Positions 9,478-17,589 of a DNA stretch of 64,000 nt are shown here, piece by piece (within the stretch, counting starts at the first letter, position 1; each line of letters starts with the position of its first letter). The position numbers and the translations under genes were made by a program. The notes under the pieces were generated by a model. That model did not search any database, had not been told where the DNA came from, and saw only the letters and a list, made by a program, of their open reading frames with translations. Source of the DNA: Burkholderiales bacterium (lineage in GTDB: Bacteria > Pseudomonadota > Gammaproteobacteria > Burkholderiales > Casimicrobiaceae). The stretch covers positions 21,401 to 85,400 of the forward strand of contig JAYSRA010000039.1 in NCBI GenBank assembly GCA_043721275.1, given 5' to 3'.

Positions 9478-9508
9478 AAAGCCCCGCTCGTGCGGGGCTT
9501 TTCATTTT
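9478..9508 (+). terminator. rho-independent terminator following the tRNA fragment
   Basis: aaagccccgc tcgt gcggggcttt tcattttc: a 10-bp GC-rich stem, 4-nt loop and T-rich tail. Confidence 0.7.
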
Positions 9509-9634
9509 CAGCGCGCAATGACCGAGCCGCTCGTCGCAACAGTGGCGTGCATTAATTCGTGTTGCGCAGGGCCGATTTGGCCCAACGTGTGCAGCCGCGC
9601 GCTCGAGTTTTCCAAGCCTTGCCAAGGATTCATC

Positions 9635-10348
9635 ATGAACGATCTTGCCGCCTTCCCCATTACCCGAAAATGGCCTGCGTTGCACCCCGACCGCATTCAG
9701 CTTTATTCGCTGCCCACGCCGAACGGTGTCAAGGTCTCGATCATGCTGGAGGAAATCGGCCTGCTGTACGAGCCGCACCTCGTGAATTTCGAGAAGAACG
9801 ACCAGATGTCGCCCGAGTTTTTGTCACTCAATCCGAACAACAAAATCCCCGCGATTCTTGATCCGAATGGGCCGGACGGCAAGCCGATTTCGCTGTTCGA
9901 ATCCGGCGCGATCCTGATCTATCTCGCGGAGAAAACTGGAAAGTTCATGCCGCAGGATGCAGCTGGTCGCTACGAGACGATGCAGTGGATCATGTTCCAG
10001 ATGGGCGGCATCGGCCCGATGTTCGGCCAGCTCGGGTTCTTCCACAAATTTGCGGGCAAGGACTATGAAGACAAGCGTCCGCGCGACCGCTACGTCGCTG
10101 AAGTCAAGCGCCTGCTCGGCGTGCTCAACCAGCGCCTCGCCGCGCGCCCATGGATCATGGGAACTGGCGAAAGCGACTACAGCATCGCCGACATCGCCAC
10201 CTTCCCGTGGGTGCGCAACCTCATCGGTTTCTACGGCGCGGCCGATCTCGTCGGTTTCGCAGATTTCCCGCACGTAGCGCGCGCGCTGGCAGCGTTCGTG
10301 GCGCGACCTGCGGTGGCGAAGGGACTGGACATTCCGAAGCGGAGTTGA
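9635..10348 (+). CDS. glutathione S-transferase family protein (Nu-class, YfcG/YghU-like)
   Basis: IQLYSLPTPNGVKVSIMLEEIGLLYEPHLVNFEKNDQMSPEFLSLNPNNKIPAILDP...SLFESGAILIYLAEKTGKF. The start is set at MNDLAAF. Confidence 0.8.
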   Translation: MNDLAAFPITRKWPALHPDRIQLYSLPTPNGVKVSIMLEEIGLLYEPHLVNFEKNDQMSPEFLSLNPNNKIPAILDPNGPDGKPISLFESGAILIYLAEKTGKFMPQDAAGRYETMQWIMFQMGGIGPMFGQLGFFHKFAGKDYEDKRPRDRYVAEVKRLLGVLNQRLAARPWIMGTGESDYSIADIATFPWVRNLIGFYGAADLVGFADFPHVARALAAFVARPAVAKGLDIPKRS

Positions 10349-10404
10349 GGATCAATCCTGATCTAGCGCTAAAACTGCGGTTCAGCTTACGCGGAGGCTG
10401 CTTG

Positions 10405-11022
10405 TCAACTCACCAGCCTGAGCTTTTGGTAGGTGCTTCCTTGGCCTAGTTGCAAAAAACTGCTTGGATCAAACAATTCTGAGTACGAAATGACTCGCTT
10501 TCTCGCCAGAACTACCCATTCACTATTTGCTTCAATTTCATCTTTCCTAAGCCATAGATTGAGGACGAACAAACCTGCTAGCCCTTCAAGCACGTTGCGG
10601 TAAGTCGCTAGGCGAAAATTTGCAGCGCGATCATGTTTCAAGCCGTTGTATGCGACGTACCACGCAGGGTTGGTACTCGTCCCGGATGACCATGAACTGA
10701 ATGGCGACAGCAATTTATTTGTTAACGACTGATAGATCCAGCGCACTTCAACCGTCTTTGTGTGCAATGGAACGGTAGAACACAACAACGTACCTAGCTT
10801 TGGGAAGTCGAGTTTTTCAATTCTTCCGGACAGCGGAGATATGCCGAGTTCCTTTGCCAACGATTTGCCCACGTTCTCACACTCTTGCCCGATGCGAAGC
10901 ACCAATTCAGCAAGGTATATAGAAAAGACGTTCAGATTTGCGTCGTCAAGGCTGATGCTGAATGTCAGTTCACGAAACTCCTTTTCTAATCGCTCATAAA
11001 CGGGCCAATATTGCGTCCACAC
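10405..11022 (-). CDS. hypothetical protein, low-GC orphan downstream of higBA
   Basis: GTG start preceded by gaggggaga (SD-like). GC is visibly lower than in the flanks. I recognise no family; there is only a weak AYNGLKHDR (N..KH) motif. Confidence 0.55.
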   Translation of the reverse strand: MWTQYWPVYERLEKEFRELTFSISLDDANLNVFSIYLAELVLRIGQECENVGKSLAKELGISPLSGRIEKLDFPKLGTLLCSTVPLHTKTVEVRWIYQSLTNKLLSPFSSWSSGTSTNPAWYVAYNGLKHDRAANFRLATYRNVLEGLAGLFVLNLWLRKDEIEANSEWVVLARKRVISYSELFDPSSFLQLGQGSTYQKLRLVS

Positions 11023-11064
11023 GGCGATTCTCCCCTCAGTGATGTGCAGAGCAAGGCATCATGA

Positions 11065-11358
11065 CTACGCCACAGCCCGCAAAGCATCCGGGTTTGTTTG
11101 CGCGATTTTCAGCAGTGTCTTGGCAGCGCCAGACGGTTCAATGCGACCTTGTTCCCAGCCTTGCAGTGTGCGTACCGAGACACCGAGCAGTAAGGCGAAT
11201 TGCGCCTGACTCAGCCCTACCTTTTGCCTTGCTGCGATGGCGGACGAGTAGACGACGCGAACTTCACCGCGCTTCATCTGCTTTACTGATTCGAGCAATT
11301 CCGCCCCGATATCGCGTTTGGCGTCGCGTTTAAGCAATTCTTTTTCGGTCATTGCCAT
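11065..11358 (-). CDS. higA: HigA-2-like XRE-family HTH antitoxin
   Basis: ARQKVGLSQAQFALLLGVSVRTLQGWEQGRIEPSGAAKTLLKIA is an HTH_XRE. It lies 1 nt downstream of the toxin gene. Confidence 0.75.
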   Translation of the reverse strand: MAMTEKELLKRDAKRDIGAELLESVKQMKRGEVRVVYSSAIAARQKVGLSQAQFALLLGVSVRTLQGWEQGRIEPSGAAKTLLKIAQTNPDALRAVA

Positions 11359-11359
11359 G

Positions 11360-11665
11360 TCAAAGTTCCTTCACAATTTTGCGCAATACGTCCGCGCCGA
11401 TGGAGTCGCGAGCGCTCTTTGCGTAGATCAGTAGCAACACTATGTCTCCTCTGGCAAGACGGTTGAAATGGATAACACGCACACCGCCTGACTTGCCTGT
11501 ACCTGCGCGAGCCCAGCGTACTTTGCGACAACCGCCAGAGCCCTGAATCACGTCGCGCACGTCGGGATATGCAGCGAGGTAAGCAGCAAATTCAGCTCGT
11601 TCGTCTTCCGTCCAATAGTCAGGCCAAAGTCTTGAAAAGAGGGCGGTTTCTACTATCGTCAGCAC
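11360..11665 (-). CDS. higB: HigB-2-like RelE/ParE-superfamily toxin
   Basis: VIQGSGGCRKVRWARAGTGKSGGVRVIHFNRLARGDIVLLLIYAKS matches the HigB-2 (PF06296-type) signature. The toxin-first gene order is typical of hig loci. Confidence 0.75.
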   Translation of the reverse strand: MLTIVETALFSRLWPDYWTEDERAEFAAYLAAYPDVRDVIQGSGGCRKVRWARAGTGKSGGVRVIHFNRLARGDIVLLLIYAKSARDSIGADVLRKIVKEL

Positions 11666-11713
11666 AGTTAACTATACGCTTTAATAGTAGTTTTTGCAAC
11701 CAGCCCATTCTCG

Positions 11714-12478
11714 CTATCTAGTCGCAACAATAAACAATCGCCGAAACGGAAACAACGTTTTTCCGTCGGTGCGCGTTGGGTACGCAATGCGAACACGTGC
11801 TGCGTACTCCGCCTCAAACGCAGCGGCTTCGGGCACATTCAGCGCGTCGAGAAACTGTTTGAGCCAAGTGCCTTTCGTCCATTCCTTCACCGGATCAACG
11901 CCTTCGAGCACTTGCAGATATTCGCTCTCCCAGATGTCGACGTTGTCGACGAGTCCGCTCAGCATGTCGTAGTAGACCTCTGGAGTGGCGACAGGTGCAG
12001 GCTGTAGTAGCGGTTCAAGCTTTGCGCGCCAAGGCCCTGCCAGCACAGTTTCGGCAATCATCGTGTGCGACGGCGCGCCAAAATTTCGCGGCATTTGCAC
12101 GGCAAGCACGCCGCCCGGAGTAAGGTGGCTGACAAGGCGCGCAAACAGCGTGCGGTGGTCGGGCAACCAGTGCAGCGCCGCGTTGGAATAGATGACGTCG
12201 GCTGCGTGCATGGGTTGCCAATGGGCGAGACTTTGTTGCACCCAGCTTACGCCTGCCACGCTCTTCGCGGCACGCGAGAGCATTTCGGCGGAGTCGTCGA
12301 CGCCCGTGATCTGCGCGTCGGGCCAGCGTGTTTTGAGCAGGCGGGTGACGTTGCCCGCGCCGCAGCCGAGATCAAACACGCGAGCTGGATTTTCCGCGTC
12401 AATGCGCGTGAGCAGATCGATTGCAGCGCGCAGGCGCGGCTCGGCGAACTTGAGATATTGCTCTGGGTTCCAGCTCAT
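11714..12478 (-). CDS. tam: trans-aconitate 2-methyltransferase
   Basis: MSWNPEQYLKFAEPRLRAAIDLL...VFDLGCGAGNVTRLL...VIYSNAALHWLPDH. Confidence 0.85.
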   Translation of the reverse strand: MSWNPEQYLKFAEPRLRAAIDLLTRIDAENPARVFDLGCGAGNVTRLLKTRWPDAQITGVDDSAEMLSRAAKSVAGVSWVQQSLAHWQPMHAADVIYSNAALHWLPDHRTLFARLVSHLTPGGVLAVQMPRNFGAPSHTMIAETVLAGPWRAKLEPLLQPAPVATPEVYYDMLSGLVDNVDIWESEYLQVLEGVDPVKEWTKGTWLKQFLDALNVPEAAAFEAEYAARVRIAYPTRTDGKTLFPFRRLFIVATR

Positions 12479-12643
12479 GTTGCGTGCTCCCGCGTTGACT
12501 TTGACGAGATTGCTATTGTGCGCGAGTTCGTGCGGGCGAAATTTGTTGATTCAGTTCAAAATAACACTCTACAACATTGACCGTTTCGGTCTGGATTCTC
12601 GCGGCTGCGAGAATGACATTTGTCTACGTCGTGGGAGTGCTCC

Positions 12644-13111
12644 ATGTCTATTTCGCTAAACGTCAACGGCAAAACGGTTTCCGTCGGCGTTGATCCTTCC
12701 ACGCCAGTGCTCTGGGCGCTGCGTGACAACCTCAACCTAACCGGCACAAAGTTTGGCTGCGGCATAGCGTTGTGCGGCGCGTGTACGGTGCATATGGACG
12801 GTGTGGCGATTCGCTCGTGCGTGACGCCTGTCTCTGCGGTTGCGGGTAAGCGCATCACGACCATTGAGGCGCTGGCGACGGATACCATTGGCAAGGCGGT
12901 GATTGAGGCGTGGGTCAAGCACGACGTGGCCCAATGCGGCTATTGCCAAAGCGGTCAGGTGATGAGCGCTGCGGCATTGTTGCGGACGAATAAAAAACCG
13001 ACTGACGCAGATATTGATGCGGCGATGGCGGGCAATGTGTGTCGCTGCGGGACGTATCAACGCATTCGCGCGGCGATCAAAGACGCGTCCATGATGCTCG
13101 TTAAAGCGTAA
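12644..13111 (+). CDS. (2Fe-2S)-binding small subunit of an IorAB-type molybdo-hydroxylase
   Basis: LNVNGKTVSV...LRDNLNLTGTKFGCGIALCGACTVHMDG...CGYCQSGQVMSAAALL...NVCRCGTYQRI. Confidence 0.85.
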   Translation: MSISLNVNGKTVSVGVDPSTPVLWALRDNLNLTGTKFGCGIALCGACTVHMDGVAIRSCVTPVSAVAGKRITTIEALATDTIGKAVIEAWVKHDVAQCGYCQSGQVMSAAALLRTNKKPTDADIDAAMAGNVCRCGTYQRIRAAIKDASMMLVKA

Positions 13112-13117
13112 GGGGCG

Positions 13118-15358
13118 ATGAACATGATGATCGAAAAATACCTCGCCGTTTCCAACAACAGCGCGGCGGACGCGCTTCCGCGTCGTCGCTTCATCACCAT
13201 GATGTTGGGTGGCGCGATGGGTGTGGCGTTGATGCCGTTGACGGCCTCGCAGGCGGCTGAACATCCGAACCACGTCTACATCGCACCGGGACAAAAGCCG
13301 TCCGAGGAGCCCGCCGCGTTTGTGACCATCGCCAAGGACGGCACCACGACCGTGCTGTGCAACCGCATGGACATGGGGCAGGGCATCGAGACCGCGCTGG
13401 CGATGATCTGCGCGGAAGAGCTGGAGGCCGATTGGAGCAAAGTGAAAACCGGGTTCGGCAATCAACAATCGCACTATGTTGACCCGATCATGGGCATGCA
13501 CATGACGGGTGGCTCCGGCAGCGTGAAGAACAGCTACGCGCAATACCGCGAACTTGGCGCGCGCACCAAGGCGATGCTGATTGCGGCTGCCGCAAAGCAG
13601 TGGAAAGTGGACGCCAAGACCTTGAAGGCCGAGAACGGCGTCGTGATCGGCGGCACGCGACGCGCGAGTTATGGCGAACTGTTCGACGCTGCGATGAAAG
13701 AGCCGATACCGGAAGAGGTGACGCTCAAGAATCCAAAAGACTTCAAGCTGATTGGCAAGCCAACAGGCCTCAAAGTGTCTCGCGCGAAGGCGACGGGTCA
13801 GCAGAAATACGGCATCGATGTAAAGCTGCCGGGCATGTTGACGGCGGTGATCGCGCGGCCTCTGGTGTTTGGCGCAAAGTTCAAAACGTTTGATTCATCT
13901 GCTGCGATAAAGGTGAAGGGCGTGCGCGCTGTGTTGCCAGTGGATCTGGATCGCGGCGCACGCGGCATCGCCATCATTGCGGATGGGTATTGGCCCGCAA
14001 AGATGGGTCGAGATGCGCTCAAGGTTGAGTGGGACACATCAGGCGTCGACAAGCCCGACACCACTGCTTTACTCAAACAGTACAGAGCGTTGGCGAAGAC
14101 CGAAGGCATGCTCGCCACCGGCAACCAGATGCGTGCCGATATGGCGAAATTGGCTGGCGCGCCGAACAACCTCACCGCCGAATTTGTGTTCCCGTATTTG
14201 AATCACGCGCAGATGGAGCCCATCGCCTGCACGGTTGACTTGAAAGCGGACAGTTGCCACGTGTACACCGCGTCGCAAATGCCGGGCCTTGACGCGGCTG
14301 CAATGGCCAAAGCGAGCGGTCTTAAGCCCGAGCAGGTCGAGATTCATGTGCAGATGGGCGGCGGCGGTTTCGGTCGACGTGCGGTGCCGTCGAGCGAATA
14401 TTTGGTGGAGGCGGTGAGCGTGGCGAAAGCCATGAATGCGGCTGGAAAAAACGCGCCAGTAAAAGTCGTGCGCAGTCGCGAAGATGATGTGAAGGCGGGC
14501 TACTACCGACCGATGGTTGTGCATCGCGCCGAGATTGGTTTTGATAAGGACGGCACCGTGCTCGCATGGCGTCACCAGATCGTCAGCCAAAGCATCATGC
14601 GCGGCACGCCATTCGAGGCGTTCACCATCAAAGACGGTGTGGACGGCACCATCACCGAGGGCATGCGCGAGCCGTACAACCTGCCGATGCGCCTGTCCGT
14701 GCATCGAACCGAGGCAAACGTGCCGGTGCTGTGGTGGCGCTCAGTCGGCAGCACGCACACCGCTTTTGTGATGGAAACGTTGATTGACGAGATTGCCACT
14801 GCGACCAATCAGGATCCGGTCGCCTATCGTCTGAAACTGATGGGTAATGACGTTAAAAGCGCCCGCCACCGCGCTGCATTGCAGTTGGCGGTTACCCGCT
14901 CGGGTTACGGCAAAAAAACGCTGCCAGCGGGACAGCATTGGGGCGTGGCCGTGCATGAGAGCTTTGAGTCGGTGGTGGCCTACGTCGTCGAGGCCAGCGT
15001 GAAGGACGGCAAGGCCGTGGTCAGCCACATCACCGCTGGCGTGCATTGCAACTTTTGCGTTAACCCGCGCACGGTGGAAGCGCAGGTGCAGGGCGCGGCG
15101 CTGATGGCGCTGGCAACCACGTTGCCGGGTCACGCCATCACGTTAAAAGACGGGGTCGTCGAGCAAAGCAATTTTCACGATTTTCCACCGCTGCGCATGC
15201 CGGATGCGCCGACGGTGGCGGTGCATATCGTGCCGAGTGATGACCCGCCAAAAGGAATGGGTGAGCCGGGCGTGCCGCCGCTGGCTCCGGCGTTAGCCAA
15301 CGCGCTGCGACGGGCAACCGGTAGGCCATTGCGGGAATTGCCGTTTAAGCTGGTGTAG
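13118..15358 (+). CDS. molybdopterin-binding large subunit (IorB/aldehyde oxidoreductase-like), Tat signal
   Basis: Twin-arginine leader PRRRFITMMLGGAMGVAL, and xanthine-dehydrogenase-family domains (GGGFGRR, WWRSVGSTHTAFVMETLIDE). Confidence 0.8.
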   Translation: MNMMIEKYLAVSNNSAADALPRRRFITMMLGGAMGVALMPLTASQAAEHPNHVYIAPGQKPSEEPAAFVTIAKDGTTTVLCNRMDMGQGIETALAMICAEELEADWSKVKTGFGNQQSHYVDPIMGMHMTGGSGSVKNSYAQYRELGARTKAMLIAAAAKQWKVDAKTLKAENGVVIGGTRRASYGELFDAAMKEPIPEEVTLKNPKDFKLIGKPTGLKVSRAKATGQQKYGIDVKLPGMLTAVIARPLVFGAKFKTFDSSAAIKVKGVRAVLPVDLDRGARGIAIIADGYWPAKMGRDALKVEWDTSGVDKPDTTALLKQYRALAKTEGMLATGNQMRADMAKLAGAPNNLTAEFVFPYLNHAQMEPIACTVDLKADSCHVYTASQMPGLDAAAMAKASGLKPEQVEIHVQMGGGGFGRRAVPSSEYLVEAVSVAKAMNAAGKNAPVKVVRSREDDVKAGYYRPMVVHRAEIGFDKDGTVLAWRHQIVSQSIMRGTPFEAFTIKDGVDGTITEGMREPYNLPMRLSVHRTEANVPVLWWRSVGSTHTAFVMETLIDEIATATNQDPVAYRLKLMGNDVKSARHRAALQLAVTRSGYGKKTLPAGQHWGVAVHESFESVVAYVVEASVKDGKAVVSHITAGVHCNFCVNPRTVEAQVQGAALMALATTLPGHAITLKDGVVEQSNFHDFPPLRMPDAPTVAVHIVPSDDPPKGMGEPGVPPLAPALANALRRATGRPLRELPFKLV

Positions 15359-15446
15359 CAAATGTTGCGTTCCTATTGTTTGGGTATTACAGTAGTTATT
15401 ACGCGCAGAAAGCGCATGATCGCGTCACGACCCGGCGATTGAATAA

Positions 15447-15512
15447 GAGTTGCGCATGGGCATCGAGTTCGTGCGCGAATTCCGCGACACGTTCCGAGCG
15501 CTCGCCAAATAG
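15447..15512 (+). pseudogene. C-terminal stub of an antitoxin (phd-like) upstream of the doc relic
   Basis: Only ELRMGIEFVREFRDTFRALAK* remains, bounded upstream by a TAA. It ends 7 nt before the doc-like start. Confidence 0.35.
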
Positions 15513-15519
15513 GTTTGTG

Positions 15520-15830
15520 ATGGGTTGGAAATGGGTCAACCGGCAAGCACTGGTGACACTGCGTGACATGAGCCTCGCCGAGCATGGCGGCGCTTCCGGC
15601 ATTCGCGATCAGGGATTGTTGGCGTCCGCGTTGGTCCGCCAGAACATTTGGCCGCATATGGCGAGCGCGTCGCGTTTCTGTCGGTTGGGCTATTTCTGTT
15701 CAAGAAGGGTTACAGACTCAACGCTACGCAGACCGAGGCAACGCTGGCGATGCTTGGCGTTGCCTCGGGCGATCTTGACGACGCGGCCTTAGCTAACTGG
15801 ATACGAACACACAGCGTGGCGCGCGTTTAG
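15520..15830 (+). pseudogene. doc: Doc (death-on-curing, Fic-fold) toxin relic: frameshift plus deletion of the catalytic motif
   Basis: Frame 1 reads MGWKWVNRQALVTLRDMSLAEHGGASGIRDQGLLASALVRQN. After an apparent 2-nt insertion, frame 3 reads LAAYGE|RVAFLSVGLFLFKKGYRLNATQTEATLAMLGVASGDLDDAALANWIR. The roughly 25-aa segment that should hold HxFxDGNKR is missing. Confidence 0.65.
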
Positions 15831-15844
15831 TCGTACCCATGGCG

Positions 15845-17422
15845 CTACCGCGCCGCAAACATTTCCGGTTCGCCCACCTGCCAGCCCCAATCGTCGTCTG
15901 GCGGGTAAAGCGGTCGCGGGATGTACTCGTAAGGCACGTTCTTGAGCACCGGTGTGGTGAGCCCTGGCACGTCCACTTCGATGATTCGTTCATCAGGATA
16001 GAACTCGTCGGCCCACGCGCGAAAGTGACCGCGTGACTTGATGATGAGTGAGCGTTGTGCTGCGATGTCGACACCTAGAGCTTCCATGAATATCGGGTCT
16101 TTTGCCTGTTGCCGCACAGTTACTGCGATGACCTGAATACCGCCGACGATGAGCCGAGCGCACGGGCCGAGGCTGATCGCGTGCCCGGCTGCAATGCCGC
16201 GACGGCCGATGAATTCGCCGTCGTGCAGTTGCGCGACGGTGGCCGGAGCGCTGAATTTTCCAGAGAGTGGATGTACTTCATCGCGATTAAATTCGGCGTT
16301 GAAAGTCGCACCGACACCGAGTCGATGCGCCTCGGCCGCGAGCGCCGGATCGTAGAAGATGGCGAGCGTGCAGCCGGTAACACCGGATTCGTAGAACGCC
16401 TTGAGAATCCACACCGTGTTGGCGCGGCCACCACCGCCTGCGTTGTCTGCAACGTCGGCGAACAGTAGCGATGGTTTGCTCGCGTTGTGTGCGACATCAA
16501 GCGCCATGCGCGTTGCGTTGTCGAGTGACGTGAGTCTGGGCACGTAACGCGCGCGGTCCGCCCATGCCTGCGTTGCGACCGTCTTTGCCGCAGCACGCGC
16601 GCCTTCGTCAGTGCGTGCCGAAACGATCACACTCATGCCAGCTTTCGGCGTGTCGCCGAGCGTGAAACCGGACAGTACGCTGACGTTTTTCACGTCGTCG
16701 CTGAGTAGGCTCTGGCCGAAATAAATGATGTCGCCGTACGGTGTGTTTGTGCCCAATTTGCGTTCGGTGTTTTGCGTGACCGACGGCGGAATGAACGGCA
16801 GCTTCACGAACGCGCGATGCCAGCGTTGCCCGCTCGCGAGCGCGTCGAGCAGCGCCCTCGCGCACTCAGCGCCGCGCTGGTGCGTGTCCACGTGAGGGTT
16901 GGTGAGATACGCCGACAGATAGTCCGCGTGTTGCACCATCGCGCTTGAAATGTTGCCGTGCAAATCGAGCGTGGCAAGGATCGGAACACGCTCGCCAACG
17001 ATTGCACGCACAGAGGCGAGCAACGCGCCGTCAGGGTCAACTTCCACCGTTGCAATTGCAGCGCCGTGCAGTGAAAGAAACACCGCGTCGAGCGGGTCAC
17101 CCTCTAGCGCATGCTTGAGTGACGCAACCATCGACGCAACAATTTCGTCAAACCACGCCTGATCAATCGGCCCGCTCGCACCGACCGCCGCCGCGATCAT
17201 TGGTACGGGCGTCCAGCCCCCGATGCGCTGCATCTCATCGTAAAAACCTGCGAGGCAGCCCGGAGACTTCGGATGCATGCTCGCCAGATCGGCCAGCAAA
17301 TGCTCGGGCTCGATCAGCACATTTTGCACAAATTCCTCTCGCGTCGAGACTGGCGAATGCGCGTTCGATTCGAGCATAAAACTGCCGATGGCGATACGTG
17401 GAATTTTTGACGTTGACTGCAT
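15845..17422 (-). CDS. M81 family metallopeptidase (MlrC-like)
   Basis: PRIAIGSFMLESNAHSP...LSLHGAA...LDLHGNIS and overall MlrC N- and C-domain similarity. Confidence 0.75.
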   Translation of the reverse strand: MQSTSKIPRIAIGSFMLESNAHSPVSTREEFVQNVLIEPEHLLADLASMHPKSPGCLAGFYDEMQRIGGWTPVPMIAAAVGASGPIDQAWFDEIVASMVASLKHALEGDPLDAVFLSLHGAAIATVEVDPDGALLASVRAIVGERVPILATLDLHGNISSAMVQHADYLSAYLTNPHVDTHQRGAECARALLDALASGQRWHRAFVKLPFIPPSVTQNTERKLGTNTPYGDIIYFGQSLLSDDVKNVSVLSGFTLGDTPKAGMSVIVSARTDEGARAAAKTVATQAWADRARYVPRLTSLDNATRMALDVAHNASKPSLLFADVADNAGGGGRANTVWILKAFYESGVTGCTLAIFYDPALAAEAHRLGVGATFNAEFNRDEVHPLSGKFSAPATVAQLHDGEFIGRRGIAAGHAISLGPCARLIVGGIQVIAVTVRQQAKDPIFMEALGVDIAAQRSLIIKSRGHFRAWADEFYPDERIIEVDVPGLTTPVLKNVPYEYIPRPLYPPDDDWGWQVGEPEMFAAR

Positions 17423-17589
17423 GGGTAATGGTGTAGCTTCACAATGCCGTCATGCTCGCGTAGCGGGGATCCAGTCGTTAACCACAGCGACGCGCAAGCT
17501 CGCCGCAACTCGTAACGTGACTTTCTGGATTCCGGCCTGCGGCGAGAATGCCGCGAATTTGGACAGCCTCTTTCAAAATTTTTGCAATT

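Noticed and set aside
10349-10404. Fragments resembling element termini (tagcgctaaaactgcgg / ttcagcttacgcgg) at the gst side of the higBA islet, and cgctttaatag...cagccc at 11680-11712
   Set aside because: The similarity is short and gapped, so I could not convince myself that the islet inserted into a repeat copy.
17430-17475. Possible eighth, degenerate copy of the 114-bp element (tagcttcacaatgccgtcatgctcgcgtagcgggga...agtcgttaacc)
   Set aside because: Only the left arm and core are vaguely similar, there is no right arm or AAAGCT terminus, and it lies in a divergent promoter region rather than at a gene 3' end.
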